This document shows, piece after piece, positions 1-8,488 of a DNA stretch of 64,000 bases. The stretch spans positions 1,850 through 65,849 of the forward strand of contig JAJFFG010000087.1 in assembly GCA_021776825.1 (NCBI GenBank), read 5' to 3'. Within the stretch, counting starts at the first letter, position 1, and every line of letters starts with the position of its first letter. The position numbers and the translations under genes were made by a program. The DNA comes from Planctomycetota bacterium. GTDB lineage: Bacteria > Planctomycetota > JAJSAM01 > JAJVHW01. Under the pieces are notes generated by a model. It saw only the letters and a program-made list of their open reading frames with translations, did not search any database and was not told where the DNA came from.

Positions 1-2
1 GT

Positions 3-608
3 CACCGCCGCGCGCCACTCCGTCCGGCGCCACGTTTGTAGCTCGAGACCCGACGTCAGGAGTCCGCGCACGCCCGCCGCGCGGGCCGGTGCGCGCAGCG
101 CACGGCGCATCCACCAGTCCGGCGCGCTACGCACAGCGACACTGACGACAACGCGACCGCCAGGACGCACGAGGCGCCCCAGTTCGCGAAGCAGACCGGG
201 CAGATCCTCGACGTACGACGCGAGCCCCAACGCGACAGCCGCATTGCACGTGGCGTCGCGCAGCGGTACGGCGCACGCGTCACCGACGATCGCTCTGGCG
301 CCCCCCTCGCGAGCGCGAGCCAGCATGGCGCGCGAACGATCCACCGCGACCACACGACAGCCGCGGTCGCGCAGCGCTCCCGTCAACGGACCGGGTCCGG
401 CGCCGACGTCGACGACGACGGCCCCGGCTGGCAGATCGAGCCAGTCGAGTGCGATCTCGCGCCGACGTCCTAGGAAGTGCCGATGCCACAGCCCACCGCC
501 CGGAGCGCGCTCGCCACCATATCCCGACACCGTGCGTTCGAAGTACTCGGGAGCACTGTCGCTGGATGCCACTGGAGGCGCGCCGAGTCGGTCCACCGAG
601 CGCGTCAC
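3..608 (-). CDS. Class I SAM-dependent methyltransferase (3' end runs off the window)
   Basis: Manual translation of the minus strand (not in ORF track because no stop in window): VVVDVGAGPG motif I, VVAVDRSRAML, ELGRLVRPGGRVVV. GTG at 608 overlaps the arfB TGA; alternative GTG at 572. Confidence 0.8.
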   Translation of the reverse strand, partial: MTRSVDRLGAPPVASSDSAPEYFERTVSGYGGERAPGGGLWHRHFLGRRREIALDWLDLPAGAVVVDVGAGPGPLTGALRDRGCRVVAVDRSRAMLARAREGGARAIVGDACAVPLRDATCNAAVALGLASYVEDLPGLLRELGRLVRPGGRVVVSVAVRSAPDWWMRRALRAPARAAGVRGLLTSGLELQTWRRTEWRAAV

Positions 609-1033
609 TCGCCCGACGGCGGACGACGATTCCGCTTCACGTCACCGCGCTGCTTCTTGGCCTTCAGACGCCGTTCGCGAGAACCGCGCGTGGGCCGCGT
701 CGCCCGCCGCCGCCGCGGCCGATGAAGGGCGGTGGCGAGCATCTCGCAGAGTCGGTCGAGGGCCGCTTGCACATTGCGTTCGCGGGTCCGCTCGGACTCC
801 GCGTGCACCACGATCTCGCCGGCCGTCGTCAGACGCGATGCGAGCCGTTCACGAATGCGTTCACGATCGAAGTCCGATAGGCCGGGGATGTCCGCGATCG
901 CGATCCGCGCCACCGCCTTCGTCTCGACCTTGTTCACGTTCTGCCCACCCGGACCGCCGCTGCGCGCGAACGTGATACGCACGGCATCCTCGGGAAAGGG
1001 CAGACCGGGCCGCAAGCGGCGCGAAGCGGGCAT
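605..1033 (-). CDS. arfB: Alternative ribosome-rescue peptidyl-tRNA hydrolase ArfB
   Basis: SGGPGGQNVNKVETK GGQ motif and basic C-tail RRATRPTRGSRERRLKAKKQRG; 142 aa. Confidence 0.93.
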   Translation of the reverse strand: MPASRRLRPGLPFPEDAVRITFARSGGPGGQNVNKVETKAVARIAIADIPGLSDFDRERIRERLASRLTTAGEIVVHAESERTRERNVQAALDRLCEMLATALHRPRRRRATRPTRGSRERRLKAKKQRGDVKRNRRPPSGE

Positions 1034-1148
1034 GACGGCATGTTCCCGGAGCCACGCCCCGCCCGCAACGTGCGCGTTAGGGCGAACTCGGGATCGGGGT
1101 TTCGGTGGAGTCGCCGCCGGGCTACATTCGAGGTCACGGAGGGCAACC

Positions 1149-1862
1149 GTGTACGCAGACGATCAGCACGTCGAGACGCCATCCACCGCAGAGTGGAGTG
1201 ACTTTCGCGACCGAGTTGTTCAACACCGCCAGACCGTCGAGCGCACGCTGCGCCGCGAGCTCGTCCACGATCCGCGCGCGGGCAGCGTGCGTCTGCAGAA
1301 CGTCGCGGTGCGCGACCTGGCCGACGAGGCCCTGTGCCAGGTGCTCGACGACTGGCGCAGCAAGCCGGGCGGCACTCCCCCGTTCCAGTGGATGCTGAAG
1401 CGCGGGCTGCACCTACTGGACGAGACGCTCGATCGAGAGGCACTCGCGGCCGAGAGTCGCGCCGAGGAGCGCGAGGAACAACGTCGGCTGTTCGCGCACG
1501 AGATCCTGCATGACGACGAGGAGCGCGCGCGTTGGCGCGAGATCGCGGGCTTTGCGACGCGCGCCGCCGCGGACGCGGGGACGGTCGAAACGGGCGACGA
1601 TCGGCTGCACTTCGACGGCATCGCGTCGTCGCGGAACGCGACGCCGGAGCGTCAGGTCGAAGCGCTCGAGACGCTGCGCATGCTCGCAGACGCGCTCCTC
1701 ACGCTGTCGGAGCCACAACGCCGCGCCGTGTCGCATCGGTACCTCGATGGGCTCGACGTCGACGACGTCGCCTTCCTGCTGGACGTGTCCGCGACCGACG
1801 TCGCGATGCATCTGGAGGCGGGACTCGCCGCGTTGCGCGTGGCGCTGGCCGCACAGGCCTGA
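1149..1862 (+). CDS. Sigma-70/ECF-like RNA polymerase sigma factor (atypical region 2)
   Basis: C-terminal region-4 HTH LLTLSEPQRRAVSHRYLDGLDVDDVAFLLDVS. Start moved to GTG 1149 after GGAGG. Confidence 0.65.
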   Translation: MYADDQHVETPSTAEWSDFRDRVVQHRQTVERTLRRELVHDPRAGSVRLQNVAVRDLADEALCQVLDDWRSKPGGTPPFQWMLKRGLHLLDETLDREALAAESRAEEREEQRRLFAHEILHDDEERARWREIAGFATRAAADAGTVETGDDRLHFDGIASSRNATPERQVEALETLRMLADALLTLSEPQRRAVSHRYLDGLDVDDVAFLLDVSATDVAMHLEAGLAALRVALAAQA

Positions 1863-1965
1863 GAGCTCCCGGCCTGAGGGCACGAGGCCTGACAGCATCG
1901 GGCTTGTTAGCTCACCGGGAAACCGACGGGCTGCGCAGTCCGGTCCGGGGTCGTAGACTGTCGCG

Positions 1966-3288
1966 ATGATCCGAACCACCGTGCGAGTCCTCGCGTGCCT
2001 GGCCGTACTGGCCGTCGCGGGGACGGCCCCGGCGCAGGACGTCCCGCTCGACGAGCGGGCCCGCATCGAGGGCTACGTCAAGCTGTTGGGCGACGATGCC
2101 GCCGACGTTCGTCAGCGAGCCGAAGACGCGCTCGTCGAGCTGGGTGCGGACGTGCGCCCGTTCGTGGTGCTCGCGCTCGAGGACGCGAACACGGAGGTGC
2201 GCCATCGGGCCCGCGCCGTGCTCGATCGGCTCGAGGCCGTGGCCAAGAGCGCCACGGGAGTCGATCTGACCTGGGCCGGTCTACGCGGTGGTCCCGAGCG
2301 CACCGGCGTCGCCGGTGGTGACCTGCCCGCCGCGCGCCCCGAGGCCATTTGGCGCGCGGACGTCCCCCACATCGAGCTCATGCAGGGGTCGGTCGTGCCC
2401 GGCCCCGACGTCGTGGCGTGTCTCTCACGCGACGGTGTGATCCGCGGCTTCGACACCGAGACGGGGAGTTCGCGCTGGCTGGCTCACCTCGATACCGAGA
2501 TCACCGCCTCGGCCGTCCTCGCCGCCGACCGTCTCGTCGTGCCGACCAAGAAGGGGCTCATCGCCCTCGACCTCCGCACAGGTCGGAAAGCCTGGGAGCA
2601 CGTGGCGGACTACGGCTGTGACGCCGCGCCCGCCGTCCGCGGAGGCCGTGTGTTCGCCGCGTTCAAGAACGACGGCGTCCGCGCGTTCGATCTCGGCACA
2701 GGCGAGCAGGAGTTCCGACGCCCGGTCGCGCCGAGCGGCGCGCTGCTCCTCGACGGCGACGTCCTGATCGTCGGAACTGAGGACGGCGAGCTGCTTCGCA
2801 TCCACCCCGACTCCGGCCGCGTGGTCTGGCGGAAGGACATCGGCTCGGCGCCGAACATGGGTCCGACGCTCGGCGCCGAAGGCATCGTCGTCGTGCTGGC
2901 CGAGAATCGCTATCTGCGGGCGTTCTCCACCTCACGGGGGCGGCTGCTCTGGGAGCGACGACTTACAGCCGGCAGTCGTTCGGAGTCACTCGCCGCCGGC
3001 GGTGGCCGTCTCTTCCTCAGCGACAGCCGCGGCGCGCTGCTCGGGTTCGATGCGGGCACGGGTGTCGCGCTCTGGAACCGGCACGAGGGCATGCTCGAGC
3101 TCGGCGGTCCCTGCGTCACATCCGAGCGCGTCTTGTGGGGCGCGCGCGGGCGGATCGTCTGTCGTTCCGCGCGCTCGGGCACCATCCAGTGGCGCCTCGA
3201 CCTGCCGGTCCCCGACTGCTCGGTGCCGGCGGCCCGCGACGGAACGGTGTTCGTGCTGACGGACCGGTCGCTGCTGGCGCTCCGGTAG
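1966..3288 (+). CDS. Secreted PQQ-like beta-propeller (BamB-like) protein with N-terminal HEAT repeat
   Basis: Signal peptide; LGDDAADVRQRAEDALVELG HEAT motif; WAGLRGGPERTG and repeated D..TG...W propeller motifs. Confidence 0.8.
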   Translation: MIRTTVRVLACLAVLAVAGTAPAQDVPLDERARIEGYVKLLGDDAADVRQRAEDALVELGADVRPFVVLALEDANTEVRHRARAVLDRLEAVAKSATGVDLTWAGLRGGPERTGVAGGDLPAARPEAIWRADVPHIELMQGSVVPGPDVVACLSRDGVIRGFDTETGSSRWLAHLDTEITASAVLAADRLVVPTKKGLIALDLRTGRKAWEHVADYGCDAAPAVRGGRVFAAFKNDGVRAFDLGTGEQEFRRPVAPSGALLLDGDVLIVGTEDGELLRIHPDSGRVVWRKDIGSAPNMGPTLGAEGIVVVLAENRYLRAFSTSRGRLLWERRLTAGSRSESLAAGGGRLFLSDSRGALLGFDAGTGVALWNRHEGMLELGGPCVTSERVLWGARGRIVCRSARSGTIQWRLDLPVPDCSVPAARDGTVFVLTDRSLLALR

Positions 3289-3382
3289 GGCGGGGGGAGC
3301 CTCCCCGGCCGCTCGAAGACCTGGACGAGGGAACGGCGTGCCGCCGCAAGCCCGTCGTCGGGGTCGCGTTGCCAACGATGCC

Positions 3383-3672
3383 GTAGGGGCGGACCCCCTG
3401 GTCCGCCCCGCCCGCTGGGGGACGCGCGGGCGAGATGGGTCCGGTGGCGCTCAGCGAACACTGCCGCTGATGCGGACGGCCATCGGCGAACACCGTCGAA
3501 AGGTGATCCCCGGATCCCCCGATCCACGGGGACATCGGGACAGACCCGCTCGAGTTGCGGCGCCACCGACCGACGGCCGCTCGCGTGACGATCCTCGTGC
3601 GCTGAGCGCCACACACCCGAGACGCACGAGCGGAGCGGGTCGGCGCGGGCGGACCAGGGGGTCCGCCCCTAC
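3383..3672. repeat. GTAG-type REP doublet (REPIN-like), copy 1
   Basis: GTAGGGGCGGACCCCCTGGTCCGCCC at 3383-3408 and its perfect reverse complement at 3647-3672; each arm is GTAG plus a hairpin. Confidence 0.85.
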
Positions 3673-3707
3673 AGAAGGCTTAGGCCGCGGAGCGGCCTAA
3701 GCCTTCT
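3673..3707. terminator. Hairpin between convergent genes, probable terminator
   Basis: AGAAGGCTTAGGCCGC-GGA-GCGGCCTAAGCCTTCT, perfect 16-bp stem overlapping the ppsR stop; no long U-tract. Confidence 0.55.
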
Positions 3708-4584
3708 TCCGCGTCCGCTTGGCTCCCTTGCCCTTCGCCTTGCGGCCGCTCTTCTTCGGCGGGCCCGAACCCTCGTAGCCGACGGCCTTGAGTACGAGGT
3801 GCGCGGTCTCTTCGATCGCCCGCTGGGTCACGTCGACAACGCGGATGCGGTTGCGCGCCAAGAGGCGGCGACTCCACATCAGCTCGTCGCGCACGGCCTC
3901 GTGATCGTCGTAGGCCATCCGCGTGCCGGGGGCCAAGTAGTCCATTCGTGAGCGCCGGATCTCAGCCAAGCGTTGCGGATCGATGAACAGGCCGACGACG
4001 CGCTCCGGCGGGAGGTCGAGGATCTGCTTCGGGACGGGCTGTCCGTGGACGAGCGGAACATTGCCGACGCGCCAACCCTCCAGCGCGAGGTAGACGGAGA
4101 GCGGTGTCTTGCCGGTGCGTGACACCCCGACCAGGACGAGATCGGCGTGCTTCAGGCCGTCGAGGTGCTTGCCGTCGTCGTGCATGACGGCGTACTCGAC
4201 GGCGTCGATGCGGCGGAAGTACGCCTCGTCGATCTTGTGCAGCAGGCCGGGCTCCTCCTGCGGCTTCTTGCGGAGGAACTGCTCGAGGCTGTCGAGCAGC
4301 GGACCGAACAGGTCGAGGGTGTCGACACCGAGGGCCTCGCACTCGTCGACCATCATCCTGCGCAGCGGCGTCGCGGCGAACGTGTGGGTCACCAGCGCCC
4401 CGCACTCCGCGGCCTCGCCGAGGATGCGCCGTACCTCGGACTTGCGCAGCACGTTCGGGAAACGCCGGATCGTGATCTTGCGACCGATGAACTGCTTCAA
4501 CGCCGCCCGCACGACGCGTGACGCGGTGTCACCCGTCGAGTCCGAGAGAATGAAAAGGAACCGCTCGGCACTCACGCCCAGCAC
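3697..4584 (-). CDS. ppsR: Pyruvate,phosphate/water dikinase regulatory protein (DUF299 kinase/pyrophosphorylase)
   Basis: ILSDSTGDTA, YFRRIDAVEYAVMHDDG, LVGVSRTGKTPLSVYLA, VDVTQRAIEETA. Confidence 0.93.
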   Translation of the reverse strand: MLGVSAERFLFILSDSTGDTASRVVRAALKQFIGRKITIRRFPNVLRKSEVRRILGEAAECGALVTHTFAATPLRRMMVDECEALGVDTLDLFGPLLDSLEQFLRKKPQEEPGLLHKIDEAYFRRIDAVEYAVMHDDGKHLDGLKHADLVLVGVSRTGKTPLSVYLALEGWRVGNVPLVHGQPVPKQILDLPPERVVGLFIDPQRLAEIRRSRMDYLAPGTRMAYDDHEAVRDELMWSRRLLARNRIRVVDVTQRAIEETAHLVLKAVGYEGSGPPKKSGRKAKGKGAKRTRKKA

Positions 4585-4587
4585 CGC

Positions 4588-4653
4588 TCACTCGTCGTGG
4601 TCGAACTCGTCGTCGTCCTCGAGATCGTCATCGTCGAACTCCTCCTCATCGAG
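4588..4653 (-). pseudogene. Orphan acidic C-terminal gene fragment (LDEEEFDDDDLEDDDEFDHDE*)
   Basis: Codon-like acidic run ending in TGA at 4588-4590, with no start of its own; abuts a MITE end fragment. Confidence 0.5.
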
Positions 4654-4696
4654 CTCGCCGCGATCCCGCGACGCCCTCGGGAACGATCCGGGCTAC
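4654..4696 (-). mobile_element. Terminal fragment of the about 240-bp CTAG MITE family
   Basis: Minus strand TAGCCCGGATCGTTCCCGAGGGCGTCGCGGGATCGCGGCGAG closely matches TGGCCCGGGTCGTTTACGAGGGCGTCGCGGGATCGCGGCGAG at 10602. Confidence 0.7.
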
Positions 4697-5157
4697 GCGG
4701 CGCCGAGCTGGTCGACGACGCTCAGGTAGATCTCGAGCGTAGCGTCACGGCTCTCCTCGTCGACGCCGATGCCGCCCGCTTCCTGCGGGTCGTACACCGC
4801 CCAGCCCGTCGCCGCGACGATGGCTCCGAGGACGGCGAACAGACGACCGAAGAGCGCCTCCGCCTCCTCGGCGTCGGTCGAGTACGCCACCGAGACGCGC
4901 GCAAAGCGGGGACCGACATCGGCCCGGAATCCGGCGCCATCGGCCACGACCAGTGTGGCATCGGGACCGTCCGACGGGGGCTGGAGCGCAGGATCGGCGG
5001 CGCGCGCGACGGCGGCGATCTCGTCGCGGCGAGCGAGTCCGTCCGCCGACGTGTCGGGGCGTTGATGCCCGCCGGCCAGGCGCACGACGAGCGCTTCGGC
5101 ACACTCCTCGAGGTCGCCCCCGGGAGGCACGGGCAGGGCCAGCAACTCGTAGCTCAT
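4693..5157 (-). CDS. Hypothetical protein
   Basis: 154-aa ORF with host-like codon usage; GWAVYDPQ motif typical of small conserved hypotheticals. Confidence 0.7.
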   Translation of the reverse strand: MSYELLALPVPPGGDLEECAEALVVRLAGGHQRPDTSADGLARRDEIAAVARAADPALQPPSDGPDATLVVADGAGFRADVGPRFARVSVAYSTDAEEAEALFGRLFAVLGAIVAATGWAVYDPQEAGGIGVDEESRDATLEIYLSVVDQLGAA

Positions 5158-5242
5158 CGCGGTCGGGTTATCGCGCGCCGCAGGCCGAGGCGCCAGAGCA
5201 AACGCGCCAGAACGAACACAGTGGCGGTGCTCCGCGACGTGG

Positions 5243-6205
5243 TCAGTCCAGTCGTGGACCCGGCACGACCACCTGGTCGCCTGGGAAGATGCCGTACTCG
5301 ATCACCACGTCATCGCCCTCGAGACCCCCGGCCTTGACGGTGCGCTCGAGGACCTCGCCGTCCTCCCACACGCGCACGATCGCCGCATCGCCTTCGTACC
5401 GAACCGCACCGCGCGGCACGAGACCGACGACCCGCTTCGTCGAGGGCAGCATCAGCCGGCCCGAGAGCTCGTTCTCGATGCCGTCGTGCTCCTCGAGACC
5501 GACGATCACAGTGACGTGGCCCCCGACCTGCGGGAGTGGCTTTCCGAGCAGCTCGTCATGCGCGGTCACGGTTCCGGTGACCGTGCCGAGGTCGTCAACG
5601 AGCTCGACCTCGACCTTCGCGCCAATGTTGGCACTCGCGGCCGCGACGTCTTCGGGGACGAGCGCCACGAAGCTAAAGCTCGATCGGTCGGTGATCACGA
5701 CGAGCGGGATGCCGACGTCGAACGGGACCTGACCGATCTCGGTCCAGATCGTGAGGACCTGACCGTCGGCCGGCGCTCGCAGCACCACGTTCTCGAGGTA
5801 GTGCTCGAAGCGCGCGATATTCGCCGTGTCCTTCCGCTCACGCGCTTCGGTCAGCGCCTTCTCCACCTGCTCGCGATCCAGCGTGATGAGCGGCTCGCCC
5901 TTGTCGACGAACTCACCGTGCTCGCGATGCACGCGCACGACCGGAACCCGCATCCCCTCGGGGGCGCGGATCTCGTGCGTGCCCTCGGCCGAGACGCGGC
6001 CCTTGAAGCCCTGGCGCACGACCATCTGATGCTCGCGCACCGACTGGAAGTGCTCGCCGCGGAGCAGGTCGTTCGGCGCGACGGCGTCCGTCTCCTCGAA
6101 CACTCGCTCATCCGGAGCCATCACCAGTCGGTAGCCCGAGTACGCGAGCATCCCGATGCCGGCCAGCGCCAGCGCCAACGGCCACATGCGTCGTACGTCG
6201 CTCAT
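5243..6205 (-). CDS. Efflux periplasmic adaptor (HlyD/MFP family)
   Basis: N-terminal TM, GEFVDKGEPLITLD lipoyl half-motif, LRAPADGQV, C-terminal GIFPGDQVVV. ATG 6205 overlaps the upstream stop. Confidence 0.8.
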   Translation of the reverse strand: MSDVRRMWPLALALAGIGMLAYSGYRLVMAPDERVFEETDAVAPNDLLRGEHFQSVREHQMVVRQGFKGRVSAEGTHEIRAPEGMRVPVVRVHREHGEFVDKGEPLITLDREQVEKALTEARERKDTANIARFEHYLENVVLRAPADGQVLTIWTEIGQVPFDVGIPLVVITDRSSFSFVALVPEDVAAASANIGAKVEVELVDDLGTVTGTVTAHDELLGKPLPQVGGHVTVIVGLEEHDGIENELSGRLMLPSTKRVVGLVPRGAVRYEGDAAIVRVWEDGEVLERTVKAGGLEGDDVVIEYGIFPGDQVVVPGPRLD

Positions 6206-7050
6206 CGCAGCCACTCCGGGTGATCGCCCGCGGTCCACTCGATCAACGCCCAGGACTCGCGCACAGCGTCCATGTAGGTCTGACGCGTGAAGGAGAGCTC
6301 GTGCGAACCGGTTCGTTCGGCGCCGGGTCGCTTGCCGCCTCGGTCGGCCATCTCGGTGCGATGGAACTGCACGGCCACCTCGACGGGCCCCGGGACGACG
6401 AACGGCTTCCGCTCATCGAGGTCCTGCAGCCCCTGCAGCACGCCGAGCCGGATCTCACGGTCCGTCTCGGCCGGGGTCTTGCAAATCGCCGATCGCGGAC
6501 CCGCCGCACGCTTCACGGCGACCGTCCGGACGTCGTCCCCGAGGTACTCACGCGCCTCGGCGCAGCCCGCCACGTCGCTGCTGACGAACACAACCGGCAC
6601 GCCGTGCTCCCCGGCAATCGCCGCGTTGAGCGCCATCTCGCCGAAGACACGCCCGTTGACGCGCACCTCGCGCACGATCGAGCCGACCCAGGTGTGCGGC
6701 AGCACCGCGTCCTTCGTCCCAGCGCGGGCGTGGTGACCGATGAGCAGCATGGCGCCGAAGCCGTCGTCAAAGCCCTCGCTCTGGCAGAGCGTGCGCGAGC
6801 TGGCCGGCCCGGTCACGAGCTCGCACCCGCTTGGCAGTCGCTCGATCAGCACGTTGCGCATCGTGCCGTGGCCGTCGCAGATTCGGACGCCGGAGACACT
6901 CTCGTACGCCAGCGCCGCCTCGGCGGCCGCAACGACATCGTTGGTCATGAGCTCGCGCCCGCGACCGTAGTCGTATCCGGAGGGACCAAGTTGGTCGCCG
7001 TGCACGATGCCCGTGCAGCCCTCCATGTCACAGCTGATGAACACCCGCAC
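6202..7050 (-). CDS. dppA: M55 family D-aminopeptidase
   Basis: VFISCDMEG, ICDGHG, IGHHARAG, LPHTW, GEMALNA. GTG 7050 follows AGGAG (track start 7083). Confidence 0.9.
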   Translation of the reverse strand: MRVFISCDMEGCTGIVHGDQLGPSGYDYGRGRELMTNDVVAAAEAALAYESVSGVRICDGHGTMRNVLIERLPSGCELVTGPASSRTLCQSEGFDDGFGAMLLIGHHARAGTKDAVLPHTWVGSIVREVRVNGRVFGEMALNAAIAGEHGVPVVFVSSDVAGCAEAREYLGDDVRTVAVKRAAGPRSAICKTPAETDREIRLGVLQGLQDLDERKPFVVPGPVEVAVQFHRTEMADRGGKRPGAERTGSHELSFTRQTYMDAVRESWALIEWTAGDHPEWLR

Positions 7051-7107
7051 GCGTGAAGTCTCCTGATCGCCCCGACCGGCCATCGTATCGGGGCCTGTAC
7101 AGCCCGT

Positions 7108-7177
7108 GTGGGTCTACCTGCGTGGGTATGGCTGTGTGGGTATGACTGTGTGGGTATGGCTGTGAGGCTCTACCTGT
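7108..7177 (+). repeat. 14-bp tandem repeat (GTGGGTATGGCTGT x3 plus two degenerate flanking units)
   Basis: Units read directly at 7108, 7122, 7136, 7150 and 7164. Confidence 0.8.
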
Positions 7178-8420
7178 GCTGATCGGCGAGTTCGGTCTGC
7201 CGCGAGGTCAGCTCGACCTCACGTCCGCCGATCCACATCCGCAACACGCGGGTGCGTGGCTGAACGACCGATCCATCGAGAACGATCACGTCGGCGGTGG
7301 CACCCGCGCGCAGCGCGCCCACCTGATCGGCGACGCCCAGGATCTCGGCCGGCGTGAGCGTGATCGCGCGCAATGCGTCGCGCTCCGATAGGCCGTTCGC
7401 CATGGCGAGGCCGGCCTGGTACGGGAGGTTGCGGGCGTTGTGGGTGTCGGCGGTCGTCAAGGCGACGCGCACGCCGGCGGCGGTCAGGATCGCGGCGCCG
7501 TCGGAGCGCGCGCCCAGCGTCTCGACCGAGTTGGGCGACTGTGTGACGGGACCGAGGATCACGGGGACGTCGGCAGCCGCCAGTCGGTCCGCGAGTTTCC
7601 ACGCTTCGGCGCCGCGCACGATCGCGATGCGCAGATCGAACTCGTCCCGGAGCCGCAGCGCCGCCTCCTCGCTGAGGCCGAATCTCAGGCACTTCGACGC
7701 CTCGTGCCAGAGGCGCTGGACGTCCGTCGAGCTGTCGGAGTGGATGACCACGTTCACCCCCGCCGCCTCGCACAGCGCCGCGTTGTGCGGGATGCCGTCG
7801 TAGGCCTCGACCTTGAAGCCCCACCAATCGGCCCACGTGGAGATGCCGATTCGGCGCCGCGCGAGCTCGTCGCGCATCTTGTAGGCCTCCAGTGCGTGAT
7901 GCAGCACGCGCGGCTGGATGTCGAACTCGTCGAAGACGCGCAGCTTGATGATGCAGGCCTCGCCGCCGATCAGGTTTGCACTGCCCGGCAGGATCATGAT
8001 CGTGGTGACACCGCCGGCGCGAGCCAGCGCGAACGCCGGATCTTCGACGTGCACCGAATCCGCCGCACGGACCTCGGGGGTGATGGGCGACGTCGCCTCG
8101 TTCCCGTCCGACGTGGCGCGCGACGAAGGCCACGGGTACACGCCCATGTGGGAGTGCGTGTCGATGATCCCGGGCGTCAGGAAGCGCCCCGTCGCGTCGA
8201 CGACGCGCGCGCCATCCGGCACGGCGACGCCGGCACCGACCGCTGTGATCTTCCCGTCGCGCAGGATCACCGTGCCGTTCTCGATTGACCCGGAGGGGCC
8301 AACCGTCAGCACCGTGGCACCGACGATCGCGACGACGTCGTCGTCCTGCGCAACCGCCGCTGGAATGACGGCCAGACCCGCCAGCAATGCCGCTAGGGCT
8401 GTGGCTCCCAGGCTCCGCAT
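7170..8420 (-). CDS. Amidohydrolase family protein, apparently a deletion chimera of two tandem amidohydrolases (likely non-functional)
   Basis: PGIIDTHSHMG metal motif; the late-barrel segment occurs twice (EFDIQ..HALEAYK..HSDS..GLSEEAAL, then EFDLR..GAEAWK..GLSERDAL); the central segment is missing. Confidence 0.7.
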   Translation of the reverse strand: MRSLGATALAALLAGLAVIPAAVAQDDDVVAIVGATVLTVGPSGSIENGTVILRDGKITAVGAGVAVPDGARVVDATGRFLTPGIIDTHSHMGVYPWPSSRATSDGNEATSPITPEVRAADSVHVEDPAFALARAGGVTTIMILPGSANLIGGEACIIKLRVFDEFDIQPRVLHHALEAYKMRDELARRRIGISTWADWWGFKVEAYDGIPHNAALCEAAGVNVVIHSDSSTDVQRLWHEASKCLRFGLSEEAALRLRDEFDLRIAIVRGAEAWKLADRLAAADVPVILGPVTQSPNSVETLGARSDGAAILTAAGVRVALTTADTHNARNLPYQAGLAMANGLSERDALRAITLTPAEILGVADQVGALRAGATADVIVLDGSVVQPRTRVLRMWIGGREVELTSRQTELADQHR

Positions 8421-8488
8421 GAGGCTCCCTCCCGAAGGCGCCCGGAGAGAGTACAGGAGTGGAGACAGGAGCCCGCGGGGGCGCTTGC

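Noticed and set aside
4588-4695. Amber read-through (pyrrolysine or recoding): the frame continues past TAG 4693 into an acidic tail
   Set aside because: The TAG and next about 40 nt match the end of the MITE at 10601, so the tail is better explained as a remnant of a deleted gene; other TAG stops in the window look genuine.
7108-7177. CRISPR array
   Set aside because: Contiguous 14-bp units without unique spacers and no cas genes; the same applies to 39624-39781.
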